Source: Candidatus Hydrogenedentota bacterium
GTDB taxonomy: Bacteria > Hydrogenedentota > Hydrogenedentia > Hydrogenedentales > JAEUWI01
Direction: 5' to 3'
NCBI GenBank assembly: GCA_034669905.1
Contig: JAXMOL010000018.1
Location: 1-64,000 of the forward strand
Length of the DNA stretch: 64,000 nt
Below, piece by piece: positions 50,730 to 60,499 of the stretch. Made by a program: the position numbers and the translations under genes. Each line of letters begins with the position of its first letter. Position 1 is the stretch's first letter. The notes under the pieces were generated by a model that was not told the origin of the DNA, did no database searches, and worked only from the letters and a program-made list of their open reading frames with translations.

Positions 50730-52283
50730 CTATTCCGTAGGCCGGGCCACACTCCGGCCCTCCGATTGATAACGTGCCAGCAACGCAGCCAGCCGTGTGA
50801 CGATCTCCGGGTGTTCGGCCTGCAGGTTTTTCGTTTCGCCCACATCCTCGGCCAGATTGTAGAGCTGGACCTGCGGGTCGTCCTTCGTGCCTTTGTCCAT
50901 CCAGCCCCCCGAGCCGGGGCCGTCGATGAGTTTCCAGTCGCCCTGTCGGATGGCGAAAACGCCATCGTAAGAATGGTGAACCGTGGCTTCCCGCACGGGC
51001 GTGCTGCCCTTCTCACCCCGTAATAGGGGGAGGAGGTCGTAGCTGTCTCGCGCGGCATCGTCGGTCAGGGGGGCGCCCGTAATGGCGGCGCAGGTCGCCA
51101 TGAAATCGGACAGGCAGACCACTTCATCCGATACGCCTGGCTGAACCGCGCCTGGCCAGCGGACAATCAACGGGACGCGATGGCCCCCTTCCCAGGCGTC
51201 TGTCTTGATACCCCGATAGATGTGGCTGGGATTGTGCCCATAGGCGCGGACGGAGTTGGGCTTACCCGCCATGTTTTCCCCATCGCGCCCGGGCGACCCG
51301 TTGTCGCTGGTGAAAATAAGGAGGGTGTTTTCGGCCTGTCCTGAGGCGGCGAGGGCGGCCATTACTTCACCCACAAACCAATCCACTTCATTAACGAAGT
51401 CGCCGTAGCGGTAGGCGTTGCTCTTTCCGATGAATTCTTCCGCCGGCGCGATGGGGGTGTGGGGTGCGGTCAAGGGAAGATACAGGAAAAACGGCGCCTC
51501 TCCTTGTTTCTTGAACGGGGTTATGCCCGGCGCAGCCTTGATGTATTCGACGGCCTTCCGGGCCAGTGCCGGCATGACGGCGGTGAGATCCCAGCCTTCC
51601 ACCATGGGCCCGGCGGTGCCAAACATATCGTCGGGCTTCCGCGATTCGGGCAGGGTTAGAACCCGGTCGTTCTCAATAAAACAATAGGGCGCAAAATTGG
51701 GCACGTCATCCCCGAAATAGTAGTCGAAGCCCCGGGCTGTCGGTCCGCCGGAAATCGGCTTTGAAAAATCGACCTTGTCGCCCCAGGGGTCCCGGACTTT
51801 TGAGTCCCATTTGCCCAGCGGTATCACATCGTTAATCTTGCTCCCGTCCGTCGTGGCCCAGTCCCAGCCAAGGTGCCACTTCCCGATGCACGCCGTGCTG
51901 TAGCCCGCCTCCGAAAGCATCCCGGGCAGGGTCAGCGTATCTTCGGCAATGAGCGGGGCGTCCCAGGGCCACAGGACACTACTCTTCAAGGCCGTGCGCC
52001 ACGCATAGGTGCCCGTGAGCAAGCTGTAGCGGGTCGGGGTGCAGACCGCACTCGGCGAGTGGGCATCGGTGAATCGCAGGCCCTCAGACGCCAGTTGGTC
52101 CAGGTGAGGCGTGGGAATTCTGGAGTCGGGATTCTGACAGGCTACGTCACCAAAGCCCATATCGTCCGCCAGGATGATGATGATGTTCGGGCGCTCGGTC
52201 GCATACGAGTGGATTGTCAGGAACAGCGCAACGACACCAACAAGGTGTATTCCAATCACGCGCAAGGGGCGGGGGTGGCACAT
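50730..52283 (-). CDS. Arylsulfatase (Cys-type formylglycine sulfatase)
   Basis: RPNIIIILADDMG, CTPTRYSLLTG, GKWHLG, FTSDNG, EGGHRVP. Confidence 0.95.
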   Translation of the reverse strand: MCHPRPLRVIGIHLVGVVALFLTIHSYATERPNIIIILADDMGFGDVACQNPDSRIPTPHLDQLASEGLRFTDAHSPSAVCTPTRYSLLTGTYAWRTALKSSVLWPWDAPLIAEDTLTLPGMLSEAGYSTACIGKWHLGWDWATTDGSKINDVIPLGKWDSKVRDPWGDKVDFSKPISGGPTARGFDYYFGDDVPNFAPYCFIENDRVLTLPESRKPDDMFGTAGPMVEGWDLTAVMPALARKAVEYIKAAPGITPFKKQGEAPFFLYLPLTAPHTPIAPAEEFIGKSNAYRYGDFVNEVDWFVGEVMAALAASGQAENTLLIFTSDNGSPGRDGENMAGKPNSVRAYGHNPSHIYRGIKTDAWEGGHRVPLIVRWPGAVQPGVSDEVVCLSDFMATCAAITGAPLTDDAARDSYDLLPLLRGEKGSTPVREATVHHSYDGVFAIRQGDWKLIDGPGSGGWMDKGTKDDPQVQLYNLAEDVGETKNLQAEHPEIVTRLAALLARYQSEGRSVARPTE

Positions 52284-52442
52284 CGCTATCAGCCTCCGTG
52301 TTGGCCTGTGGTTTCTGAAACAGCCTAACCGTTGGGCAAGAATACTTCAATGTCATCATGGCGCCGAATCTCGTAGACCAAAGCCGCTTGCGTGCATTGA
52401 AAAGGGATTGCTCTTTTGGAATGTCGGAAGGATTAGTCGTTT

Positions 52443-52634
52443 AATCACGAATAGACACGACTTCAGTAGACTACGACGTTGCGTAGCACGTGGAATATCT
52501 TCTTACGCCGTAGCATCTGATAGCTTCGCCTTCATCCGTGGTCAGACTATTCGTGATGTGAGTCAGGACTGCCACGGGAGCACACCGCTGTTTGGGCAGT
52601 TCAAATTCGTGTTAATTTGTGTCCATTCGTGGTT
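52443..52634. repeat. MITE/REP-like element of the ACACGAA 9-nt-periodic family
   Basis: aatcacgaatagacacga versus ttcgtgttaatttgtgtccattcgtggtt, plus internal partial units. Confidence 0.65.
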
Positions 52635-52671
52635 CAAGAAAAGGACGCTACGAAGCGGTCCTGCAGGCAGC

Positions 52672-52706
52672 AAAAAAAAGCCAGCCCGTGTTAGCACCGG
52701 CTGGCT
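52672..52706 (-). terminator. Intrinsic terminator after the DUF1080 gene
   Basis: AGCCAGCCGGTG-CTAA-CACGGGCTGGCT followed by a T-run on the minus strand. Confidence 0.8.
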
Positions 52707-52728
52707 CCAAAAATTCTATCGCGTCCCG

Positions 52729-53520
52729 CTATTTTTCCAGGTTCAGAATTTCGATGTTCCGAAACTCCACCGGATGGCTTTCGCTCTGTAACGAGATAGT
52801 CCCGCCACTCAACATCAACTCACCCTCTTTGATGAGCTTCTGGGCGTACTCATCCTCGGGGTCGAGCTGGGGCTTTTCATACTCAAAGACCGCCTTGCCG
52901 TTGATAAAATGCTGGATGAATTCATTGCCCCGTACTTCCACTTCCACCGTGACCCACTGGTCGCCGTGATAGGTTTCCGAACGGGAATTAATGCAGTGGG
53001 GGGTAAAGAGCTCGTCATTCATCACCACGTTGGTGCCGGGGGTGCAGAGATTGGCGGTGCTGCGTTTCTTTTCCCCGTCGCCACCGAGCAACTGCACCTC
53101 AATCGAAACCGGGAAGTCCTGATCTTCTGCCATCGTGGCCGGGTCCTGCCCATGGAGCATGATGCCACTGTTGCGGAAAGCCCAGCCGGGACCGTCGGCA
53201 ATCTGCTCGCCGGTGAAGCGATATTCCATCCGGAACTTGTAGTGGGAGTAGGGCGTCTTGTAAAAAATGTGGCCGAAGGTCTCTTTGAATTCGCCACCAT
53301 ATTGGTCGTACGAAACCTTCATCACGCCATCTTCCACGCGAAAGGTGTCGTTCCAGTTTTCGCCCAACTTGTGATAGCGAATCTTGGGCGTCCAGCCGTC
53401 AAGATTTTTTCCATTAAAGATGGATACCCACCCATCCTCTTTTTTATTTTCCGCTGCTACAGCATTGGCACCCAGGCCAAGGCAAAGGACAGCGGCGACA
53501 AGGGGGTAAAGACACTTCAT
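52729..53520 (-). CDS. DUF1080 (3-keto-disaccharide hydrolase-like) secreted protein
   Basis: GWVSIFNGKNLDGW, NSGIM, SIEVQL, GTISLQSESHPVEFRNI. Confidence 0.9.
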   Translation of the reverse strand: MKCLYPLVAAVLCLGLGANAVAAENKKEDGWVSIFNGKNLDGWTPKIRYHKLGENWNDTFRVEDGVMKVSYDQYGGEFKETFGHIFYKTPYSHYKFRMEYRFTGEQIADGPGWAFRNSGIMLHGQDPATMAEDQDFPVSIEVQLLGGDGEKKRSTANLCTPGTNVVMNDELFTPHCINSRSETYHGDQWVTVEVEVRGNEFIQHFINGKAVFEYEKPQLDPEDEYAQKLIKEGELMLSGGTISLQSESHPVEFRNIEILNLEK

Positions 53521-53658
53521 GGGATGCTCCTCCGGTACTACGTGATAGGGATGGTCTGGATAGCTTGTTGTACGTTATGACCGATGGGGGAGTCAAATGG
53601 CGGAACTTGCGCCGAAGTGGATAGAGGTCTGGCGTAGCCCCGATTTCCTTCGGGTGCC

Positions 53659-54372
53659 TTAGCGCTTCTTCAGCCAGATATCTTTGAATTGTACCGTCAT
53701 GGGCGGGCCGCTGTGCAATTGGAGGGCCAGGATGCCTGTAAGATCTTGTTCTTTGGGGTCGTTGTCTGTAACCGCCGCCGTCAGTATGCCGTTCACCCAC
53801 AATTGGATACGGGAGCCTTCACACACCAGGTGGTATTCGTGCCACTCTTCCAGCTTGAATGGGGCAGGCTCCTTCTTCAGGGGTTTCACGTGTCGCTCCC
53901 CGTCGTTGTTGAAGGTCGCGTCCTCGCCCCGCCAGGCCAGGGTGTGGCGTCCGTGCTCATCATAAAGCCGGACCAGCCAGTCAGTGTCCAGGTTGTTGTC
54001 TACCTGATAGCCCGCGACGTCGTGCCCCTCGATGACTTTACTTCGAAACTGGAAGCCGCCATTGATGTGGGGAAGCTCTGGAGTGGGGGTGCCGTTCATC
54101 CGAAACTTCAGACGCAACTCGAAATCGCCGAGGGGCTCTTTTTCATACACGAGGTACTGATTGACCGCGCACGGATGCGCTTTGGTGATTTTCGCCGTGA
54201 TGGCCCCGTCCTCAACACCCCAGTAGCTGGGATCGGGCGTTTCCCAACCCGAAAGGGAACTGCCATCAAATAGCGCGACGAAGCCGTCGGGCATGCGGCT
54301 GTCATTGGACTGCCCCGTGAGGAAGGCGAGGGCGATGAGTAATGGGGAAACGAACAGTGCGTTGCGAATCAT
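53659..54372 (-). CDS. DUF1080 secreted protein
   Basis: GFVALFDGSSLSGW, NGGFQFRS, GYQVD, GILALQLHSG...QFKDIWLK. Confidence 0.88.
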   Translation of the reverse strand: MIRNALFVSPLLIALAFLTGQSNDSRMPDGFVALFDGSSLSGWETPDPSYWGVEDGAITAKITKAHPCAVNQYLVYEKEPLGDFELRLKFRMNGTPTPELPHINGGFQFRSKVIEGHDVAGYQVDNNLDTDWLVRLYDEHGRHTLAWRGEDATFNNDGERHVKPLKKEPAPFKLEEWHEYHLVCEGSRIQLWVNGILTAAVTDNDPKEQDLTGILALQLHSGPPMTVQFKDIWLKKR

Positions 54373-54633
54373 AATTGTGTGCTCCCACGATGCCGTTGTC
54401 GTGGCATCTATGGTGGCGGTTTCTTGGCAGAATTGCAAGGCTATTTCGATGCGTTGAAAAAATGTCTGGAATTCGTACAACCGGTCTGGGAGCCACCTGA
54501 ATGCCGACATAATCACAGAGAATCTGGCGGGAGGCTTGATGTCCCACCTTGTTTTCGGTACAGTGGCGCATTAGTGCGTCTCAAGCGCAGTGTGAAATGA
54601 AAAATGCGATTCTTGGAAAGGCTCTTGTGGGTT

Positions 54634-55104
54634 ATGAAGGAAGTATGGACGGCGGAGGAAGTCGCGGAGGCCCTGGGGACGTCTCGTCGAACGATTCAAC
54701 ATCACATTTATCTCGGTCGCTTCGGGGATGTGGATAAGAAGGGCCGGGAATATAGCATTACGAAAACGAACCTTATCGAGTACCTGGGCGAGGCACGGGC
54801 AAACGAACTGATACTCTTTCCCGCCGCCTACATCTTGAGTAAGCACAGTGCCCGCGGTGTGCCCTGTGCGACCTGGGCGGCCATTCTGGCCGCCAAGGAT
54901 CTCTTCACCCTGGTCAATGCCACCTATTGGATTGATGATCTGGAAAAGGCAGGGCATGGCGATCCCGTTGGTTTTTCGGTGGAGATCGTCAAGTTCTTGG
55001 CCGCCCGGGAACAGTGCGATGACCTGTCGAAGCTGGACAGCGACCCCCTCTACGAGCGCACCCCGCAGATTCTGAGACAGATCGTAAAAGCCGCAAAAGT
55101 CTGA
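54634..55104 (+). CDS. Helix-turn-helix (HTH_17/excisionase-like) DNA-binding protein with unknown C-terminal domain; start 54634 or 54604
   Basis: VWTAEEVAEALGTSRRTIQHHIYLGRF...KGREYSI. Confidence 0.7.
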   Translation: MKEVWTAEEVAEALGTSRRTIQHHIYLGRFGDVDKKGREYSITKTNLIEYLGEARANELILFPAAYILSKHSARGVPCATWAAILAAKDLFTLVNATYWIDDLEKAGHGDPVGFSVEIVKFLAAREQCDDLSKLDSDPLYERTPQILRQIVKAAKV

Positions 55105-55115
55105 TGGGATGATAC

Positions 55116-55149
55116 AAAAAAACGGCTTCCATGGGGTCATGGAAGCCGT
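55116..55149 (-). terminator. Intrinsic terminator after hisA (possibly bidirectional)
   Basis: Perfect 12-bp stem ACGGCTTCCATG/CATGGAAGCCGT with a T-run on the minus strand. Confidence 0.85.
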
Positions 55150-55172
55150 AGAAATGAAGGGGGTATAGCGGA

Positions 55173-55898
55173 TTAGCTGGCGGCCAACGCCTTGCCTTCG
55201 GCGATGGTGAACTTCTCGAGGTAGAGGGCGCGACCAATAATGATCTCGTCCACGCCATCCACTTCCAGGGGGCGCACCGCCTTGACGTCGTCCAGACTGG
55301 ACATCCCGCCCGAAATCGTCACCGGAATCGAGATGGCCTGGGCCATTTCCCGGGTCGACTGAATGTTCGGGCCCTGCATCATGCCATCACTCAAGATGTC
55401 GGTGTAGATGATGCGCGAAGCACCTGCGGCTTCCACTTCCTGGGCGAAGGCAATGGCATCCCGGTCCGTGTCTTCCAGCCATCCACTGAGGGAGAGCTTT
55501 CCGGCCCGGGCATCGATGCCCACCGCAATCTTTCCAGGAAAGTCCCGGCAGGCGGCCTTCAGCAACTCGGGGTCCCGATAGGCGGCCGTGCCCAGAATGA
55601 TGCGATCCGCACCGGCGTCCACAATCAATTCGATCGTTTCCCGATTGCGGATGCCACCGCCGACTTCATAGGGGATACCCGCCGCTTTCAGCGCACGAAG
55701 TTCCGTTTCCACGCAGCAATGACCCGCCTTGGCACCATCCAGATCAACGATATGGATAATGCCGGTGCCGAGAGCGTCCCACCAGGTTTGTGCCTGGGCG
55801 ACAGGATCTTCGGAAAATACCGTTTCCTGGTCGTAGTCACCCTGAATCAGGTTGACACAGAGACCACCACGGATATCGACAGCGGGAACGATGCGCAT
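55173..55898 (-). CDS. hisA: ProFAR isomerase
   Basis: IVPAVDIRGGLCV, HIVDLDGA, GGGIR, TDILSDGMMQGPN, SGG, GRALY. Confidence 0.95.
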   Translation of the reverse strand: MRIVPAVDIRGGLCVNLIQGDYDQETVFSEDPVAQAQTWWDALGTGIIHIVDLDGAKAGHCCVETELRALKAAGIPYEVGGGIRNRETIELIVDAGADRIILGTAAYRDPELLKAACRDFPGKIAVGIDARAGKLSLSGWLEDTDRDAIAFAQEVEAAGASRIIYTDILSDGMMQGPNIQSTREMAQAISIPVTISGGMSSLDDVKAVRPLEVDGVDEIIIGRALYLEKFTIAEGKALAAS

Positions 55899-56263
55899 CA
55901 GGAAACAGCTTCCAGGGAGGCCTTGGCCTTTTCGCAGAGCTGGGTAAAGGTCGCTTCGTCGTTTACGGCCAGGTCAGCCAGTACCTTGCGGTCGAGCTCA
56001 ATGTTGGCGCGCTTCAGGCCGTTGATGAACCGGCTGTAGGTAATGCCATTGGCACGGGCGCCGGCATTGATACGGGCGATCCACAGCTTACGGAAATCGC
56101 GCTTCCGCACTTTGCGGTCGCGATAGGCGTAGGTGCCGGCATGTTCCACCGCCTGGATGGCGGTCTTAATCAGACGATGACGGCTTCCGCGGTAACCGGC
56201 GGCTTGCTTGAGGACTTTCTTGCGACGTTGACGCGATGCGGGATTATTTGTAGCTCTGGGCAT
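55898..56263 (-). CDS. rplT: 50S ribosomal protein L20
   Basis: [36 protein letters not shown]. Confidence 0.98.
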   Translation of the reverse strand: MPRATNNPASRQRRKKVLKQAAGYRGSRHRLIKTAIQAVEHAGTYAYRDRKVRKRDFRKLWIARINAGARANGITYSRFINGLKRANIELDRKVLADLAVNDEATFTQLCEKAKASLEAVS

Positions 56264-56340
56264 GGTTCTAGATATCCTTTCTTACGTATCGGCACTCCAC
56301 CCGTGTCCGGGGGAGGGAGGTATTGATGGGCAGCCCGAAC

Positions 56341-56538
56341 TCAGGAGTAGGGGAGGAGCACCTTGATGCGGTGCATTTCTGATTCATTCACCAGCGTGGA
56401 CTTGCGCAGATTGCGACGACGCTTCGGTGACTTGCTGTTCATCAGGTGACGGGCACCTTGCTTGTGGCGTTTGATCTGGCCGGTCTTCGTGCGTTTGAAG
56501 CGTTTTGCCGCGGCGCGGTTGGTCTTAATCTTGGGCAT
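56341..56538 (-). CDS. rpmI: 50S ribosomal protein L35
   Basis: MPKIKTNRAAAKRFKRT...RRNLR. Confidence 0.98.
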   Translation of the reverse strand: MPKIKTNRAAAKRFKRTKTGQIKRHKQGARHLMNSKSPKRRRNLRKSTLVNESEMHRIKVLLPYS

Positions 56539-56716
56539 TGAATTCCCTCCGTCAGGGGTGCGAAAAAGAGTTACTCAACTAAAAATACGTGACCACGTCA
56601 GGCAGCGTATGAACACTTCACAACAACCGAACAAATGTCGGTCGCTGAGAAAGGACATACCCAACCTGCGCGGAAGATAATGTTACTCAGCAATCAAGAT
56701 GGCCGTCGGGGCGAAA

Positions 56717-57268
56717 CTACTTGACCTCTTTGGCAGGCTGCAACACGAGGCTCATGTTACGGCCTTCGAGACGGGATGAGCCGGGATTGTATTCCCCACT
56801 GCACAAATCGGCCGTCTCTTCCACCACCTTAATAAGGATTTCCCGTCCAAATTCAGGGTGGGCCATTTCACGACCACGAAACATGATCGTAATCTTTACC
56901 TTGTTGCCTTCGGAAAGGAACTGGCGCACATGATTCGTCTTGTACTCAAAATCGTGCTTGTCGATTTTGGGCCGATACTTGATCTCTTTGACCGTTACCG
57001 TATGCTGATTCTTACGGGACTCACGGGCCCGGCGTTTTTGTTCATACTTGAACTTGCCGTAATCCATGATGCGGCAAACGGGTGGTGCAGCATTCGGCGC
57101 GACTTCGACCAAGTCCAAGTCTTTGCCTTCCGCTTCGCGAAGGGCATCCTGGGGAGACATAATCCCCAGCTGATTCCCTTCGTCATCGACCACACGTATC
57201 TGACGTGCCCGAATCTGCTCGTTCACACGGGTCTTGTCTTCTTCTCGTTTCATTGGTGGCCTGGCTAT
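56717..57268 (-). CDS. infC: Translation initiation factor IF-3, probable ATA start
   Basis: NEQIRA..IRVV, DLVEVAPNAAPPVCRIMDYGKFKYE, FRGREM; SD AAGGAGG 8 nt before in-frame ATA at 57268. Confidence 0.95.
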   Translation of the reverse strand: MARPPMKREEDKTRVNEQIRARQIRVVDDEGNQLGIMSPQDALREAEGKDLDLVEVAPNAAPPVCRIMDYGKFKYEQKRRARESRKNQHTVTVKEIKYRPKIDKHDFEYKTNHVRQFLSEGNKVKITIMFRGREMAHPEFGREILIKVVEETADLCSGEYNPGSSRLEGRNMSLVLQPAKEVK

Positions 57269-57346
57269 GAGTAAAACCTCCTTGGGGACGTGTCCCTGGT
57301 TTACATTGCACCCGCACCCGTTGTGGGTACGAGGCCTGGACCATAT

Positions 57347-57480
57347 AAAAAAATCGGCGAAGGAGACCAGTCCTTCGCCGATTTGGATAAACCCATTTCG
57401 GGCAGCAATAAACTACTGCTGCAAAACCCCGGAAGCTGGCCTTTTGACCGCCTTGGGGTGAGGAACTGGTGTCCCTTCTT
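57347..57480 (-). promoter_or_regulatory. L20-leader-like ribosomal protein leader with terminator
   Basis: AGAAGGGACACCAGTTCCTCACC 5' motif; perfect 14-bp terminator AAATCGGCGAAGGA/TCCTTCGCCGATTT followed by TTTT; the terminator loop region GGACTGGTCTCC can pair with the 5' GGGACACCAGTTCC; upstream of infC-rpmI-rplT. Confidence 0.8.
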
Positions 57481-57551
57481 GGGAGTGAGATGCCAAAGCA
57501 ACTTACTCAACGGACCCTAGTCTATCAAACAGGGGGGCCGGATGCAATATT

Positions 57552-58937
57552 CTACGCGGCTTCTTCCTCGACGGCCGGCGGGGTGGTGCCCACCAGCAGA
57601 AAGGTTGCGGCAATACCCACCAGCATGCCTACCCACGGGCTGAAGACCGCAAGCGAAACCGCCGTGAGCAACACCACGCCCCGCTCGATGGCCGTCCGGG
57701 GTATGGCCATGGCCACATAGGCACAGGCAAAACCGGTCAGCACCAGGGTGAGCGAAAGCGCGACCCCCATCAGGGGCTTCAGCGCCGTTACCAGCGGCAA
57801 ACACAGGTAAAGGACCGGGATTCCAAAGACATAATAGGAGTGGATGCCGCTGAAAAGGCTGTCCATTGATTTGCGGCCATCGGTCCAGCGCTGCACAATC
57901 ACAACCTGCACACCGGTCCAGAGCGCGCCCTGATAGGGGAAAAAGGGCGCGACCAGGGCCATGACGCCATTACGAATGGCCAGGGAGAGGTGACTGCGGT
58001 TCGAGTCGATCTCGATTTCTTCGTCGGGGCGTGCCTTTTTGGCCGCTTTGATGATTTCTGTGCCGGTAATAATGTCACCAAACAAGATGACGTAACTCAT
58101 GAGCGCCAGGGGCAGGGCCTTGGCGAACATCGCCAAATCGGGCCAACCGATATAGAAAGGCGACATTTTCTGGATGGCAGCGCCAAAGGGCAACCACAGG
58201 ATGCCCCATTCAATTTCGTAGATGACCTCCGCCGGGCCCTCCCGGAAGTAGCCCGTGAGCGGACCGACAATCGCGGCCGTCAGGAAACCGGGGAGGAGGC
58301 CCAGACTGGCGACAATGGCCAGCCAACGCATCTGGGTCTTGTAACGCTGCACCGGCTCGGAGAAGATGAGCACCATGCAAACCACCAGGGCGGCGGTGGT
58401 CGTGATCGGCTGGGCATTGATGAGCTTGTCGGCATCATCCAGAAAGACCCGCTTCAACGCCGCAATGGCCGCACCCAGAATGATACCCCCCTTGAGCGCA
58501 TTGGGTATCCACGCAATAAATCGACTGCCCAGCCCGGTGATGCCCAGGATGAGCAGAATGAAGGCGAGACAAATGGCCGCCGCCGTCATAAATTGTAGGC
58601 GCAATTCGGGGGTGGCCAGGTCTTCCCCACCGATGGCCAGTAAAACCAGCGGCAAGGCCGGTGTCACCATGCCCGGCGCGTAAGGCTCGCCGAAGAGGAT
58701 GGGCGCGCTGCATAGAATCACCGACTGGATGAACATACAGGCCACGGCCTCTTCAAAACTCAGGCCCAGATAGTGGGTCAGGATGGGCACGGTCGCCAGG
58801 CCCGTGGCTCCGGCGACGAAGATGCCTTGTACCAGATCCTGCCATTCCAGCCGCGTATGCCAGAAAGGAATTCGGGCCGTGAAGGGCCCCCATTTGATGC
58901 CCGGATGGACGGATCCCGATTCGCGTTGTTGTGACAT
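57552..58937 (-). CDS. Polytopic membrane transporter, NCS2/xanthine-uracil-vitamin C permease-like
   Basis: About 12 TM segments; PGMVTPALPL, GGIILGAAIAA, YVILFGD, NRSHLSLAIRN. Confidence 0.6.
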   Translation of the reverse strand: MSQQRESGSVHPGIKWGPFTARIPFWHTRLEWQDLVQGIFVAGATGLATVPILTHYLGLSFEEAVACMFIQSVILCSAPILFGEPYAPGMVTPALPLVLLAIGGEDLATPELRLQFMTAAAICLAFILLILGITGLGSRFIAWIPNALKGGIILGAAIAALKRVFLDDADKLINAQPITTTAALVVCMVLIFSEPVQRYKTQMRWLAIVASLGLLPGFLTAAIVGPLTGYFREGPAEVIYEIEWGILWLPFGAAIQKMSPFYIGWPDLAMFAKALPLALMSYVILFGDIITGTEIIKAAKKARPDEEIEIDSNRSHLSLAIRNGVMALVAPFFPYQGALWTGVQVVIVQRWTDGRKSMDSLFSGIHSYYVFGIPVLYLCLPLVTALKPLMGVALSLTLVLTGFACAYVAMAIPRTAIERGVVLLTAVSLAVFSPWVGMLVGIAATFLLVGTTPPAVEEEAA

Positions 58938-59252
58938 AGTGCTCTCTCTCTGTCTCTCTCACTCACAAAAGCGCGCGCACGACAACCTGTGACGCGCCAG
59001 ACATCGTCTGCCTACGGGCACCCGATAGCGAAGTCACTCTAGCAGTGTTATCCGAAAATTGCCACCTTGTCGTTCGTGCGTGGCTCACCTCATGCCGCTA
59101 TTCGACCAACAGAATGACGATGGGTTTCAACCAACGGTTCGATGATGGCTGGATCACGCAGGGACTTCCCCCCTTGAGCCCCATCCCAGCCGTCGCGCTT
59201 CGGTGTTATCGGGCTTGGGCTGAACCCGTTTTACCACGTATACTGCACACCT

Positions 59253-60182
59253 ATGACAATCCCCGCGTGCAACATAGTGACCCGCTTCGCGCCCAGCCCC
59301 ACGGGCTATCTGCACCTCGGCCATCTGGTCAATGCCATCTACGTGTGGGGACTCGCCGAGCGGTGGGGGGGGCAGGTGCTCTTACGTCTGGAAGACCACG
59401 ACCGGGGACGATGTCGACCAGAGTATGAGGCGGCCATCCTCGAAGATCTGGACTGGCTCGGCCTCCAGCCCCACGGGGCCTTCCCGGTATGTCGTCAGTC
59501 TGAGCGCCACGCCCGCTACGTCCAGGTGCTCGAAGCTCTGGTCGCCCGCGACCTGGTCTACACCTGCACCTGCTCACGAAAAGAAATCGTCGCACGGACC
59601 GGCGGCGGCGGGGGAGAGTTGCGCTATGATGGGCACTGTCGGGACCAGGGCTATCGCCCGGAGCAGCAAGGGGGATTGCGCCTGCACCTCGACGACCACA
59701 CCGTTTCCTTTGAGGACTTGCTCCTGGGGCCCCAGACACAATGTCCCGCCCGGCAATGTGGCGACCTCCTCCTGCGCGATCGCCATGACAACTGGACCTA
59801 TCAATTCGCCGTCACCGTAGACGATTGGGATCAGGGCGTAAACCGCATTGTTCGTGGAGAAGACCTGTTGGAATCCACGGGGCGCCAGATACAATTGGCC
59901 CAGTTGCTGGGGCGCCCCGATGGTGCGGCTTTTCTCCATCATCCCCTCATCAGTGACCCGGGTGGGCACAAGCTCAGCAAGCGGGATTTCGCCAAGGGGA
60001 TTCGGGACTACCGCGCCGAAGGGCATACGGCCGCCGACGTCCTGGGGAAGGCGGCCGCCCACGTGGGCCTGTGGCCAGACGCAACGCCCCTGGCGGCAAC
60101 AGACTTGCGCGCCCTCTTTCCCACCGATACGAACCCCATGGCCTTGGCTCGAAACAAGCACGTAGAAAAGGAAACACCATGA
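59253..60182 (+). CDS. gluQ: Glutamyl-Q tRNA(Asp) synthetase (GluRS catalytic domain only)
   Basis: RFAPSPTGYLHLGH, CTCSR...YDGHCR zinc site, YQFAVTVDD, VRGEDL, KLSKR; no anticodon-binding domain. Confidence 0.85.
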   Translation: MTIPACNIVTRFAPSPTGYLHLGHLVNAIYVWGLAERWGGQVLLRLEDHDRGRCRPEYEAAILEDLDWLGLQPHGAFPVCRQSERHARYVQVLEALVARDLVYTCTCSRKEIVARTGGGGGELRYDGHCRDQGYRPEQQGGLRLHLDDHTVSFEDLLLGPQTQCPARQCGDLLLRDRHDNWTYQFAVTVDDWDQGVNRIVRGEDLLESTGRQIQLAQLLGRPDGAAFLHHPLISDPGGHKLSKRDFAKGIRDYRAEGHTAADVLGKAAAHVGLWPDATPLAATDLRALFPTDTNPMALARNKHVEKETP

Positions 60183-60280
60183 GCGACATCCCTCTCGAAG
60201 ACCTGCACCAGATAGAAGCGGCCCTGCGCGCCGCTGGCGCTTATGGGGTTGCAAACGAGACGTCTGCGGGCGTTTCATAG
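60179..60280 (+). pseudogene. Truncated duplicate of the 5' end of the gene at 60500
   Basis: MSDIPLEDLHQIEAALRA followed by unrelated sequence and a stop; ATGA overlap with the gluQ stop. Confidence 0.8.
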
Positions 60281-60363
60281 GGCCAACGGCCCGAAAACAT
60301 ACCAGCGTGGGCCAACGGCCCACGAGCCGGAGCCGTAAAAGCGTTCAAGGGCTGAAGGCCCGC
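60279..60363. repeat. REP-like palindrome cluster (GGGCC-AAC-GGCCC / GGGCTGAAGGCCC)
   Basis: Three hairpins at 60280-60292, 60306-60324 and 60349-60361. Confidence 0.75.
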
Positions 60364-60499
60364 CCCATCGCCATGCGCTCCAACGGCCCCAAGGCAGGAA
60401 GATGGCAACGTAACGTTGTGAAAAATATACGCGCTGAATATTCGCCTGTTTCGCGGAATGAATCCGACTCCCGGCCGTAAACCACGTAAAGGAAACACC

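Noticed and set aside
54604..55150. Prophage or integrative element around the HTH gene
   Set aside because: No integrase, tRNA, att-like direct repeats or phage genes nearby.
59253..60182. gltX (full glutamyl-tRNA synthetase)
   Set aside because: Only 309 aa with no anticodon-binding domain, which fits GluQ.
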